Source: Macrostomum hystrix (Eukaryota; Animalia; Platyhelminthes). From it: DNA of 64,000 nucleotides. The translations under genes were made by a program, and so were the position numbers. Positions 13,650 to 25,491 of the stretch are shown piece after piece. The notes under the pieces were generated by a model. That model searched no databases and had not been told where the DNA came from. It was given only the letters and a program-made list of their open reading frames with translations. Every line of letters begins with the position of its first letter. Position 1 is the stretch's first letter. Where the stretch lies: the NCBI GenBank assembly GCA_950097015.1, contig CATNEN010000025.1, forward strand, positions 6,448,001-6,512,000, given 5' to 3'.

Positions 13650-15678
13650 ATGCGCAGTCGCCGAATATCCAGTCAGCACGGTGGCACCTTCGGTCATCGA
13701 AAGCGAAGCATCCTACAGGCCCTCCAGCAGCAGCAGCAGCAGCAGCAGTCACCTCCGCCCCCAACCTCACTCCACCCAGGTCGAATCAGTAAGCTAGAAT
13801 CGGTCGCCAACGGTTTAGTCGGCCCCAGTCCGGAGGAACTCGTTGACGAAGGCAAAGCGCTGTGCCTCGAATACGTCAGCCACCGGCTCAGGCGCAGCGG
13901 TCTCCTGACGCAGAGCCAGCTGGACATCCTCGGCCCGCCAGTTGAATATAGCGAAGTTGGCGAAGAGGTGCGCCTAGTTGGCGAAGAGCTGGAGGCCATG
14001 TACCCGGACCTGTTCAAGAATGTGCACCGCCAGCTCAACTTGGCCATGCACTCCGACGAGGTCGCCCGGCGCAGCTTCGCCATGTTCGCCGACCGGCTCT
14101 GCGGCGACGGCATTCACTGGGGCAAAATTGTCGCCCTATTCGCCATGGCCGGCGCCTTCGCGGCCGACTGCGCCAGCAAAGGCCATCCGGACTACGCGCA
14201 CAAGATTGTGGACACATTCGGCCTGTTTGTGTCCACCAGGCTGTGTCCGTGGCTAAGTCAACAGGGCGGCTGGATTATAGTTGAGTACTGATTCTATTCG
14301 CATTGTTACCTTTCCTACTAGTTGTTTTAGCTTGTTAACTGAGTACACCTGTCCTAATTGGGCCAGATGTGCATCCGACATCTGTACGGCGGTTCTGCAG
14401 TCCATGGACTATGGGGAAGCCACACCCACCCTCAATTACCCCAGCTGATGCTGGTACCCATTTAACGGCTGGGTGAACTGAAGCAATGCAGAGTTAAGTG
14501 TCTTTCTAACAGACACAAATGGTTCCAGTGGAGTCGGGAATCGAACCCCCGACCTTCAAGACGTGATTCCGACGCTCTACTTACTAGTCAACAACCTCCT
14601 GTGTTCAAAAAAAGCTCATTACCGTTTAGATCTTCATAAGCGCAAATATAATACTGTTAGCAACAAAATGTGGGAGTATTTGTACGTGTACCATAGGTCT
14701 TATAGATTAAACAGCTGCTGGCCAGTTTATTGGGCTCCCATGCAGGGTTGGTCTGACGCTAAGCGGAAGTCTTAGGTAGAAACTCAATTTCTAGATTTAG
14801 ATTTGACTGCCCAATCTGTGCCTAATCTTTCCCAGGCACCGCAGCTGACTCTCTCTCAGAAATTCTCGCAGTATATTTCGCTTCCTTCCTTATGGGTTTA
14901 CAATCGCATTCATTCTGGTGCTTTAATGAACTACTCGGATTAATTCTAGCTACGGTAGCATAAACTCATTCCCAGAATATTTATTTCTCAGTTCTTAATT
15001 CTCAGTCGAATATTTCACGCACTGTTTCATCGTATGCTTCTCTGTGTTCCCTTCTTTATGATCTATTTTGTCCGTTTGAGCACAAATGTCTCTTTTACCT
15101 CTTTCATAGACTACTTTACTTTTGATATAAGATATCTATTCGTTTCTCTTTCTCTCTCTCTCCCTCTCTCTCCCTCTCTCTACCTCTCTCTCCCTCTCTC
15201 TCTGCCTCTCTCTCTGCCTCTCTCCCCCTCTTCCGCGTCTGGAGTTGCCATGGTTCGAATCCTGATTTCAATTTTTTCGATACATATCGGAATCGATTCC
15301 AACATCAGATTTTTGAAATTCAATGGGCAGTGTCCTCTCTCCTCTCTCCCACTCTCTCTCTCTCCCTCTCTCCCTCTCTCTCTCCCTCTCTCTACCTCTC
15401 TCTCTCCCTCCCTCTCCTCCTCTGCCTCCCTCTCCTTCCGTGTCTAGCATCAGTCTTCAGTTTTCGCTCCAAATCGTATTTGGGTTCAGGATTAAGCTAA
15501 TAAAAATACTCATTTTAAAATGTAGCGTAATTTAATTTAATCCGTCTTTGTCTTTGTCTTTGTTTTCCAGCCACAAGTGACCCGCAGCAACAAAGCCAGC
15601 CAGGACGAGGCCGCAACGTGGATCTGCGCTTCCCTGGCTGCACTGCTAGTCCTGGCTGGCGTTCTGTTATGCTTTTAA
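13650..15678 (+). CDS. BOK: BOK-like Bcl-2 family protein with C-terminal tail anchor
   Basis: Exon 13650-14279 carries BH4 (EELVDEGKALCLEYVSHRLRRSG), BH3 (VGEELEAMYP), BH1 of the BOK type (HWGKIVALF) and BH2 (WLSQQGGW). A phase-0 splice (GTTGAG 14280 ... TTTTCCAG 15570) joins exon 15571-15678 encoding the TM tail WICASLAALLVLAGVLLCF-stop. Confidence 0.88.
14342..14600 (-). mobile_element. tRNA-derived SINE, family A (CORE-like central domain), in BOK intron
   Basis: Reverse-complement homolog of 19860-20170; B box GGTTCGATTCC intact. Confidence 0.8.
15234..15440 (+). mobile_element. 5'-truncated copy of the hammerhead-bearing repeat (family C), starting at the ribozyme junction
   Basis: CGCGTC-TGGAGTTGCCATGGTTCGAATCC...CAATGGGCAGTGTCC plus a CT-rich tail; homologous to 29010-29146 and 29335-29490 (-). 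Lacks the CTGATGA core. Confidence 0.8.
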
Positions 15679-16558
15679 ATTCGGATGATATCATTTATAC
15701 TTTATTATTTTCGCATTGAAACTACTAATAGTAGACGACATCTTTCATACTTAAAATGCTAGGTGCTTCCAAAATAAAAAAGGCGACCAATAAAGTAATA
15801 TTTTCGAACGTCATGATTGATGCCTTGGCTTTGATTTCGACACTTTAGTAACTTTACAACGGTTGATTGATTAAATTGTCATTTTTTATTTCTATTAATT
15901 TCCCCAGTCCACGGACTAAATTGCTGTACAAAACTTTTGTATGGTCCTCAAAATGGTTGAGGCTTGTTATCTGGCGCAACTTGGCAAGATATAATTTCCA
16001 TCTATTTATCTTTCAAACTACCGTTGTACTATAAGTAGCATCATTGTTTTTTCAAATTCGTAAAAATTAATAGAAAAAATGCGTCTATTGTTTTTAGTAG
16101 AGTCCTACTATAGTTGAGCTGCATGTAATGCCCAGTTTCAGCTTATATGTGCTGACTTATGTTCAGCTCAATATACCCAAGCAGCAGCAGAATTTTGCTA
16201 TGTCTACCACTGTTTCTGCTACAGCTAGCAGAAACGAAAAATGTCTGCCTTTTCTGGCATCGAGACTGCCAACCCCAACTCCTCCACCCCAACTGAGTGG
16301 TATCGATTTGATCGGAGTAGGAAAAATCGATTCCGGATCCCCCGATCCCACGAAACCCACCTCCCAACTCCCCCCTACGCCGATCTAAAAATCCCTTCTA
16401 GAAAGACGGGTGCGAATATGCTTGAAGAAGGCGAACACAACAGGACGAGCGAAAGCGACTGGAAAGCAAATCAACACGGTGTTGTTTTTGCTATTTGTCA
16501 GACTCTTCAAGAGACGCTGAGAACTGCTCAAAATCAAGCGCTCTAACAGTGCTTTAGA

Positions 16559-19343
16559 ATGGCCGAGAACGGAGTCATTCTTGAAAACTCAGTCGAACAG
16601 CCGTTGACCTTCTCCATGGCCGGCAGCGGAATCCGCTGGAACTCACCGGCCGGCGAGTCGGCAGACGCCAGCGTGACAGACAACGCCGCCGTACTTCTGG
16701 ACTGTCGACGACTTCTTTGGAAAACTCAGCCTGCCGGCGGCGGCCTGTGCGCTTCCGTACCGCCGATGTCGTCAACGACAACAACAGCAACCACAGTGCC
16801 AATGCCGTCGCCTACGCCGCCTCCGCCACCATCGCCGATTTCTCCGCCAACCCAGAGCGAGGTGGCCTATCGCCAGTGGCTTGTCCGGCGCTACCAGCGC
16901 CAATTCCTACCATACGCCGAGTCCGGTGGCATTCCCAACAGGCTCTTCCTGGAGCTGTTCAATCGGCCGCATATCGACGAAATCGCCGGCGGTCGATCGC
17001 GCAAGCTGGCCCGACTGCTCCGCAGGGCTGAGGCGGACCGGAGAGGCCGCACCGACTGGGTCGACTTCTACGCCGGCATGACCTACCGGATGCGCGCGGA
17101 GGTGGCTCCGGTGAAGCGCCTGGTCAACCGGCTGGTTCGCGCCGCCGATCCCGGCGTCGCCGCTGCTGAGCGACGACTTCGCCAGCGTCGAATCGGCCGG
17201 CCGCAGCGTCGGCGTGAGCGGCGGCATCAGCGACTGGACGATGACTGCTCAGCTGACTCGGGCGGTGGCTGCGTGCCCGAAGAGGCCTACATTGAGCTGT
17301 ACAGATGCCGGCCGCCGCCCGTGTTCGTTCCGCTGGCCCTGCTGGCACTGCTTATTAACTTCAGCGTATGCGCCGTGCAGCTCAACGCCGGGCCGGATTG
17401 GAATCGAGTGGGCTGGGCAGCCGGCCTGCCCTTCTCCAGCCCGCTGGCCTTCTGCCCGGCTAGACGGCACGAGGTGACGGGGGGGGGGCTGAAATTCAGA
17501 CGAATGAAGTTGCAGTTTTAGTATCTGAGACTACTTTTTAACATGGAGTGAATTGACACGTTTTATTTTTAGCACAATTGACTAGCAATTTTAGCCCTCC
17601 TCCGGGGAGCACAAGCAGAATTTTAGCATCTATATAACCCCCTCTGCGTGACAACCTAATCCGACAAAAACTGTCTCCTCCCAGCAGCAGAGAACCGCCA
17701 TAATACCAGGCTACCAATACCATTACCATTAACACAGCAAGAAATGATTGCCCCCCCCCTTTGACAGCGAAAGAATGCTCTTATATAGCACAGTACCAAT
17801 GTTACCTCATGCCAGCAGACAATAAATGCACCTCACCGGGCAGCCAATTCCTCTTAGCAGTCAACCAATACCGCTCAGCAGGCAACCAATGCCCCTCAAC
17901 AGGCAACCAATGCCCCTCAACAGGCAACCAATGCCCCTCAGCAGGCAACCAATGCCCCTCAGCAGGCAACCAATGCCCCTCAGCAGGCAACCAATGCCCC
18001 TCAACAGGCAACAAATGCCCCTCAGCAGGCAACCAATGCCCCTCAGCAGGCGACCAATGCCCCTCAGCAGGCAACCAATGCCCCTCAGCAGGCAACCAAT
18101 GCCCCTCAGCAGGCAACCAATGCCCCTCAGCAGGCGACCAATGCCCCTCAGCATTTGGTGACGCTAGACCCGCAGCCAGACCCGACTAGGCAATTCTGTC
18201 TATTTCGCTGACTCCTGAGCACACACATGCACACGCTCACACTGGTGTGTACATCTGCCCTGAGTTTCTCATCGTCAGGCAGTGTACACTCTCACTGTGT
18301 CTTGAAGGGCGTAAATTGCACGACAATGGAATACATGTACTAAAACTGCAACCGTCTGAAATCTTTCAAAGAAAATTATTCAAGCGATCCTTATAATGTA
18401 TTTTTTAGTCCAAATGGAGTCGTAGCAGGGTTACCACAACCAGATGAGAATTTCAAGTGACTAAAAAACTGACAATATACTTTCACTGGACTAGTTGGCT
18501 TGGGCTGCGGCCTCCGCAATGATAATCCCACTAAATCATAAAAAGATTCCATGAAAACAAATGCAGGTTTGGCGTTTCGTCACCTACGCTCTGCTGCACG
18601 ACGGTTGGCACCACCTAGCATTCAACAGCGCCGCCTTCCTACTGCTCGGCCTGCCGCTCCAGCTTGCCCACGGTGGCCTCCCTGTTGCTGCCGTCATGCT
18701 GGGCGGTGTTCTACTCGGCTCCATGCTTTCCTCCGTGGCTGAGCCGGGCGCCGTTCTGGTTGGCGCGGCTGGCGCCGCCTACGCCCTAATTGGCGCCCAC
18801 ATCGGCCTCGCGCTGGCCAACTGGGGCCAGCTAAGCGCCGAATGGCGCGACATCACATCCCCAGGCTCCGGAGGCGGCGGCGGCGGCTCTGAACAGAAAA
18901 CTGCTGGCAAATTGCGCCGCCTATTGAACTCGTCGATGCTGCGACTAGTGCTGCTGGCTGGTTTGGTCTACGTCGACTTTGCCGTCGCCATCTATCAGCG
19001 GCACTGGCGCCGGTTGGGCATCTTCGCTGGCGATGGCGGCGGCAGGATCTGGCATTGCGGCATCTCCTACGCTGCCCACCCCGCCGGCCTGGCCTGGGGC
19101 CTCCTGATCGGCGCCCAGCTGCTCAGAATCGACGACAGCGAAGACGCCGCTGCGGCCAGCGAGGAAGAATCCGCCGTTGGCCAGCGCCGTCGTTGTTGCC
19201 GGCGCGCAACGCTGCTTGGCGGCTCGCTGGCTAGCTTCGCCGGCTTCGCACTGTTCGCCATCCTTTGGAATGTGTTCAACACCAGCTGGTACGCTGCTAC
19301 CGGCTGTCTCGCCTGCGGCTCCGGCGCCCCGAGCACCGGCTAG
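16559..19343 (+). CDS. Rhomboid (RHBDL/ventrhoid-type) protein, predicted catalytically inactive
   Basis: Exons 16559-17473 and 18567-19343 (RRHE|VWRFVTYALLH). WR motif, TM2 HHLAFN, TM6 YAAHPAG, degenerate EF-hand-like N-terminus (AEADRRGRTDWVDF). The GASGG motif reads GAAGA. Confidence 0.88.
17870..18150. repeat. Minisatellite, 21-bp unit GCAGGCAACCAATGCCCCTCA, in rhomboid intron
   Basis: Tandem periodicity. Confidence 0.93.
18151..18326 (-). mobile_element. SINE family B, partial copy (3' body)
   Basis: Homologous to 31565-31770 (CATTTGGTGAC.CTAGACC...GGTGTGTACATCTGCC...GGGCGTAAATTGCACGAC). Confidence 0.75.
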
Positions 19344-19469
19344 TCGGGCGGGTGAAGGCTCTATACCACCTGTGAACTCACAGCTCTTGTGTCAGTTCAT
19401 ATAGAATGTGAATACGAGCTAATAGTAATTTCTCTGTAAATTTGACACTTTCCTTATACTGCAATACAT

Positions 19470-19640
19470 TTCTGAGCTGAGGTACCTGAGCTCGAATCCG
19501 CCGCGAGGCCATATTTTTTGGGCCCAGCTGCGGAGAGAAGGCTTTGGGGCCTTGTGGTGTAATTTACGCCCTTGAGGGCCAACCTCCAAGACACAGTGAG
19601 AGTGTACAAGTCAGGGCAGATGTACACACCTGTGTGAGTG
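19470..19640 (+). mobile_element. SINE family B, partial copy
   Basis: Shares CGGAGAGAAGGCTT...AATTTACGCCCTTGAGGGCCAACCTCCAAG...GGGCAGATGTACACACCTGTGTGAG with the reverse complement of the other copies. Confidence 0.7.
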
Positions 19641-19859
19641 TACCCACCATGCCGAAAAGACAACTGGCCCCCACGGCCCACGGCCACCTAAGAATTTTAT
19701 TATTATTTTTTAGGTAAATATGGTTTCCTAATTTAACTATTTACTCGCACATCATTTCATTAATTTTCTCAGTTTATTAGGTTTCGCATTGATTTTATTG
19801 AAAATCGCTTCAAGTCTACTATGAGTATTATCTAACGCAACAGAGGTTGTAGCCTAGTA

Positions 19860-20170
19860 CAGAGGTTGTAGCCTAGTGGTTAGGGCGTCGGACTCACGAC
19901 TTGAAGGTCGGGGGTTCGATTCCCGACTCCACTGGAACAATTTGCGTCCTTTAGCAAGACACTCAACTCTGCATTGCTTCAGTTCACCCAGCTGTTAAAT
20001 GGGTACCAGCATCAGCTGGGATAATTGAAGGTGGGTGTGGCGTCCCCCCAGTCCGTGGACTGAACAGCCGTACGCAGCCTTCAGATGCGCCGCGCATTAG
20101 CTGCGGCTGTGCTGTCGGCTGCACATCTGACCCAATTGGGGCAGGTGTAATCAATTATTATTATTATTAT
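19860..20170 (+). mobile_element. Full-length tRNA-derived SINE, family A (tRNA head, CORE-like domain, (TTA)n tail)
   Basis: A box TAGCCTAGTGG, B box GGTTCGATTCC, CORE-like GTCCTTTAGCAAGACACTCAAC...CTGTTAAATGGG, (TTA)n tail, and a 14-bp TSD with one mismatch, TATTATC(T/G)AACGCA, at 19826-19839 and 20165-20178. Confidence 0.88.
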
Positions 20171-20624
20171 CGAACGCATGAAAATTTAATCGAATAAATT
20201 CCGGTAAAATGATTGACCTACTCGCCAGTAGTTCGTGTCTATGTATGAGTGATGTTTCATCACTGTTGTAATAAAAATATATGAGGCACTTACCTGTGTC
20301 AGTATTTTGTCACTTGAAGTACTAGTATTACGAATCGTTTATTATTTTCATTTGACAATGGTATTAAATACGGAATATATAAGTTGAAACAATTTATTTC
20401 TCACGACCAATGGCTCTGACTAACTGTAGGGTAGTGGAACAGTGGGGGCACACTCGGGACGCCCTACAGACACAATACACTGACCTTTGGATTTTTTTTT
20501 CTTTTACACATAACAATTTTAATTAATGTGAATTGAGGGACAGACTGACACTTAAATTACATAAATATTCATTTTTTCTAACGTTTTCTTTCTTTTATTA
20601 GATCCTCGCTCATTTTTAAAGAGG

Positions 20625-21745
20625 TATCTACTTCAGGTGGTTGCACACTCGGATGAGATCTACTTCAGGTGGTTGCACACTCGGATGAGATCTACTTCAG
20701 GTGGTTGCACACTCGGATGAGATCTACTTCAGGTGGTTGCACACTCGGATGAGATCTACTTCAGTTGGTTGCACACTCGGATGAGATCTACTTCAGGTGG
20801 TTGCACACTCGGATGAGATCTACTTCAGGTGGTTGCACACTCGGATGAGATCTACTTCAGGTGGTTGCACACTCGGATGAGATCTACTTCAGGTGGTTGC
20901 ACACTCGGATGAGATCTACTTCAGGTGGTTGCACACTCGGATGAGATCTACTTCAGGTGGTTGCACACTCGGATGAGATCTACTTCAGGTGGTTGCACAC
21001 TCGGATGAGATCTACTTCAGGTGGTTGCACACTCGGATGAGATCTACTTCAGGTGGTTGCACACTCGGATGAGATCTACTTCAGGTGGTTGCACACTCGG
21101 ATGAGATCTACTTCAGGTGGTTGCACACTCGGATGAGATCTACTTCAGGTGGTTGCACACTCGGATGAGATCTACTTCAGGTGGTTGCACACTCGGATGA
21201 GATCTACTTCAGGTGGTTGCACACTCGGATGAGATCTACTTCAGGTGGTTGCACACTCGGATGAGATCTACTTCAGGTGGTTGCACACTCGGATGAGATC
21301 TACTTCAGGTGGTTGCACACTCGGATGAGATCTACTTCAGGTGGTTGCACACTCGGATGAGATCTACTTCAGGTGGTTGCACACTCGGATGAGATCTACT
21401 TCAGGTGGTTGCACACTCGGATGAGATCTACTTCAGGTGGTTGCACACTCGGATGAGATCTACTTCAGGTGGTTGCAAATTCCAAGAGAGAGATGAGATC
21501 TGCTTCAGGTGGTTGCACACTCGGATGAGATCTACTTCAGGTGGTTGCACACTTGGAGGAGATCTACTTCAGGTGGTTGCACACTCGGATGAGATCTACT
21601 TCAGGTGGTTGCAAATTCCAAGAGAGAGATGAGATCTGCTTCAGGTGGTTGCACACTCGGATGAGATCTACTTCAGGTGGTTGCACACTCGGATGAGATC
21701 TACTTCAGGTGGTTGCACACTCGGATGAGATCTACTTCAGGTGTC
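20625..21745. repeat. Minisatellite, 32-bp unit TACTTCAGGTGGTTGCACACTCGGATGAGATC, ~35 highly homogeneous copies
   Basis: Tandem periodicity with no spacers. Confidence 0.95.
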
Positions 21746-22534
21746 CTTGCACTCATTAAAGTCCACATTACGCACCTGGAAAGTCACACTCTGAGTGTGC
21801 CTGAAGTACAGCTGCTAGGTAACAAAATGAACAGGCTAAAGCCTTGGTGATGATGTATCTAAGATTCGTGTGTTGCTATATTGACCGATCAATCGTGTTC
21901 GATCAAGAATAGGCTCATTAGACAGACAATTTGTTAAAATGAAACTGATATCCGAGAGACCTGTATCTGACTAGAAGTGGACAAGGTCAAGCCGAGAAAT
22001 AGAGAGACATCAAAACAGACAGAACCAGTGTGAGGCCGTCAACTCGAGCTGTCAATCTCGCTCTAAGCTATCTGTGAGGCAAAGAATTGTGGACTCGAGC
22101 AAAAACTACTCTAGAATTTCGAGTGGCCAAACTAACTGACAGATGATAGTGAAAGCATTCATTGCTCTAATTTCTTTTCTGGCCCTTGTAGGAAGAGATC
22201 TTGGAGTGGCCGGGTCTCGGCCACTCTCACACTTTATTTCTGCTCCCCATGGCCGGTAGCAACGCATTTAAAGCCGAACTAATAGGGCTGGACAATTCTT
22301 ATTATCTTTGTTAGCCTTTGATTCTCTGGCTGCTAAAACACTGCAGCTAGGGGCATTCACATCAGCCATAGGTAAGTTAAACGAGTCGTGTTTTCTGCTT
22401 CTGTGTGTGCTCTCTAACTCAAAGGTACCAAAACGATTCTGTTTTCACAATGCTCCATCTTTTTTTGCTAACTAAATATGAATGAACTTCTGCGAGACTG
22501 CTCAAGTAGGTTTAGTTGTTTGAGACTGGTCTTC

Positions 22535-23490
22535 CCTGACAGAGAGTGACATGACAAACTCAGCTGAATGACAGATAGTGACATGACAAACTCAGCTGAA
22601 TGACAGATAGTGACATGAGAGACTCAGCTGAATGACTGAGAGTGACATGAGAGACTCAGCTGAATGACAGAGAGTGACATGAGAGACTCAGCTGAATGAC
22701 AGAGAGTGACATGAGAGACTCAGCTGAATGACAGAGAGTGACATGAGAGACTCAGCTGAATGACAGAGAGTGACATGAGAGACTCAGCTGAATGACAGAG
22801 AGTGACATGAGAGACTCAGCTGAATGACAGAGAGTGACATGAGAGACTCAGCTGAATGACAGAGAGTGACATGACAAACTCAGCTGAATGACAGAGAGTG
22901 ACATGACAAACTCAGCTGAATGACAGAGAGTGACATGACAAACTCAGCTGAATGACAGAGAGTGACATGACAAACTCAGCTAAATGACAGAGAGTGACAT
23001 GAGAGACTCAGCTAAATGACAGAGAGTGACATGAGAGACTCAGCTGAATGACAGAGAGTGACATGAGAGACTCAGCTAAATGACAGAGAGTGACATGAGA
23101 GACTCAGCTGAATGACAGAGAGTGACATGAGAGACTCAGCTAAATGACAGAGAGTGACATGAGAGACTCAGCTGAATGACAGAGAGTGACATGAGAGACT
23201 CAGCTAAATGACAGAGAGTGACATGAGAGACTCAGCTAAATGACAGAGAGTGACATGAGAGACTCAGCTAAATGACAGAGAGTGACATGAGAGACTCAGC
23301 TGAATGACAGAGAGTGACATGAGAGACTCAGCTAAATGACAGAGAGTGACATGAGAGACTCAGCTAAATGACAGAGAGTGACATGAGAGACTCAGCTGAA
23401 TGACAGAGAGTGACATGAGAGACTCAGCTGAATGACAGAGAGTGACATGAGAGACTCAGCTGAATGACAGAGAGTGACATGAGAAACTGA
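22535..23490. repeat. Minisatellite, 32-bp unit GAGAGACTCAGCTGAATGACAGAGAGTGACAT
   Basis: Tandem periodicity. Confidence 0.95.
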
Positions 23491-24029
23491 GAGGAATGAA
23501 GAGAGTGACATGGGAAACTCAGCTGAATGACACAGAGTGACATTGGAAACTGAAAATGAATGACAATTTTTCTACAAGCAATGCCAATTAAAATTGATTG
23601 CTAAAGTTTGAAGCTTACTCACAGCCAGCCTGTCTGTCACAGCTGGCGTCTGTGGATCTTCAGCTCACTCACTCCAAGCAGACAAAAGCACAAAATTCTA
23701 AGACTTTATTCGGCCTTGCACAATCCACTTGACCCTGCTTTTGGCTTTTATTATCTGTCATTAAAAAGCAAGCAGGGAGAGAATTTCAACACGACATAAA
23801 ACTTCTTACAAAATCCTATCTCGCTTGCTGGATGAGCCATTTTGAAGATCCGATTTCGCCAATTTTATAATCATCAGCTGGTGCTTTCGATAAGGTATTT
23901 AGTTTTTTCAATGTTTTTTTCACATTTAAACAGATACCTTAGGATTTGTAAACTGAAATATAACGAGAAATACAGTACAGAAAATTACAAAAGACATTAC
24001 ACAGTTATATTATATAAATTCGAAAAATC

Positions 24030-25460
24030 ATACAAGAACGATTACACAATCATAGAAGAAAGATTACACAATCATAGAAGAACGATTACCCAATCTTAGA
24101 AGAACGATTACCAAATCTTAGAAGAACGATTACACAATCATAGAAGAAATATTACACAATCATAGAAGAACGACTACCCAATCTAAGAAGAATAATTACC
24201 CAATCTTAGAAGAATAATTACCCAATCTAAGAAGAATAATTACCCAATCTTAGAAGAACGATTACACAGTGTGAGAAGAACGATTACCAAATCTTAGAAG
24301 AAAGATTACCCAATGTAATAATAACAATTACTAAATATTAGAAGAACGATTACACATTCTTAGAAGAACTATTATCCATTCTGAGAATAACGTTTACACA
24401 ATTTTAGAGGAACGATTGCCTAATCCTAAAAGAACGATTGCCCAATCTTAGAAGAACGATTACCAAATCTTAGAAGAATAATTACCCAATCTTAGAAGAA
24501 CGATTACACAGTGTGAGAAGAACGATTACCAAATCTTAGAAGAACGATTACCAAAACTTAAAAGAAAGATTACCCAATATAATAATAACAATTACTAAAT
24601 ATTAGAAGAACGATTACACAATCTTAGAAGAATAATTACCCAATCTTAGAAGAACGATTACACAGTGTGAGAAGAACGATTACCAAATCTTAGAAGAACG
24701 ATTACCAAAACTTAAAAGAAAGATTACCCAATATAATAATAACAATTACTAAATATTAGAAGAACGATTACACAATCTTAGAAGAACGATTACACAGTGT
24801 GAGAAGAACGATTACCAAATCTTAGAAGAACGATTACCAAAACTTAAAAGAAAGATTACCCAATATAATAATAACAATTACTAAATATTAGAAGAACGAT
24901 TACACAATCTTAGAAGAACTATCACCCATTCTGAGAATAACGTTTACACAATCTTAGAGGAACGATTACTCAATCATAGAAGAACGATTACCAAATCTTA
25001 GAAGAACGATTACCAAATCTTAGAAGAACGATTACCAAATCTTAGAAGAACGATTACCAAATCTTAGAAGAACGATTACCAAATCTTAGAAGAACGATTA
25101 CCAAATCTTAGAAGAAAGATTACCCAATCTAAGAATAACAATTACCCAATCTTAGAAGAACGATTACACAATCTTAGAAGAACGATTACCCAATCTGAGA
25201 ATAACGATTACCCAATCTGAGAAGAACGATTACCCAATCTGAGAAGAACGATTACCCAATCTGAGAATAACGATTACCCAATCTGAGAAGAACGATTACC
25301 CAATCTGAGAAGAACGATTACCCAATCTGAGAATAACGATTACCCAATCTGAGAATAACGATTACCCAATCTGAGAATAACGATTACCCAATCTGAGAAG
25401 AACGATTACCCAATCTGAGAAGAACGATTACCCAATCAAAGAAAATCGATTACGCAATCT
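24030..25460. repeat. Minisatellite, 22-bp unit AGAAGAACGATTACCCAATCTT with higher-order variants
   Basis: Tandem periodicity. Confidence 0.93.
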
Positions 25461-25491
25461 TGAATGAGAAGCTGCTGAATTCCCTTCTCAG

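Noticed and set aside
19861-19930. tRNA-Val(CAC)-like sequence as a tRNA gene
   Set aside because: The acceptor stem does not pair and the sequence continues into a SINE body, tail and TSD.
21845-21950. Possible C/D box snoRNA (GTGATGA ... CTGA)
   Set aside because: No terminal stem or recognisable guide; such short motifs arise by chance.
5043-23490. 30-33-bp direct repeats as CRISPR arrays
   Set aside because: Units are contiguous with no unique spacers, no cas genes are present, and the context is a spliced eukaryotic genome.
23835-23880. Second hammerhead candidate on the minus strand (CTGATGA...GAAA)
   Set aside because: The bases between CTGATGA and GAAA do not form stem II (no G10.1-C11.1 pair), and stems I and III do not form.
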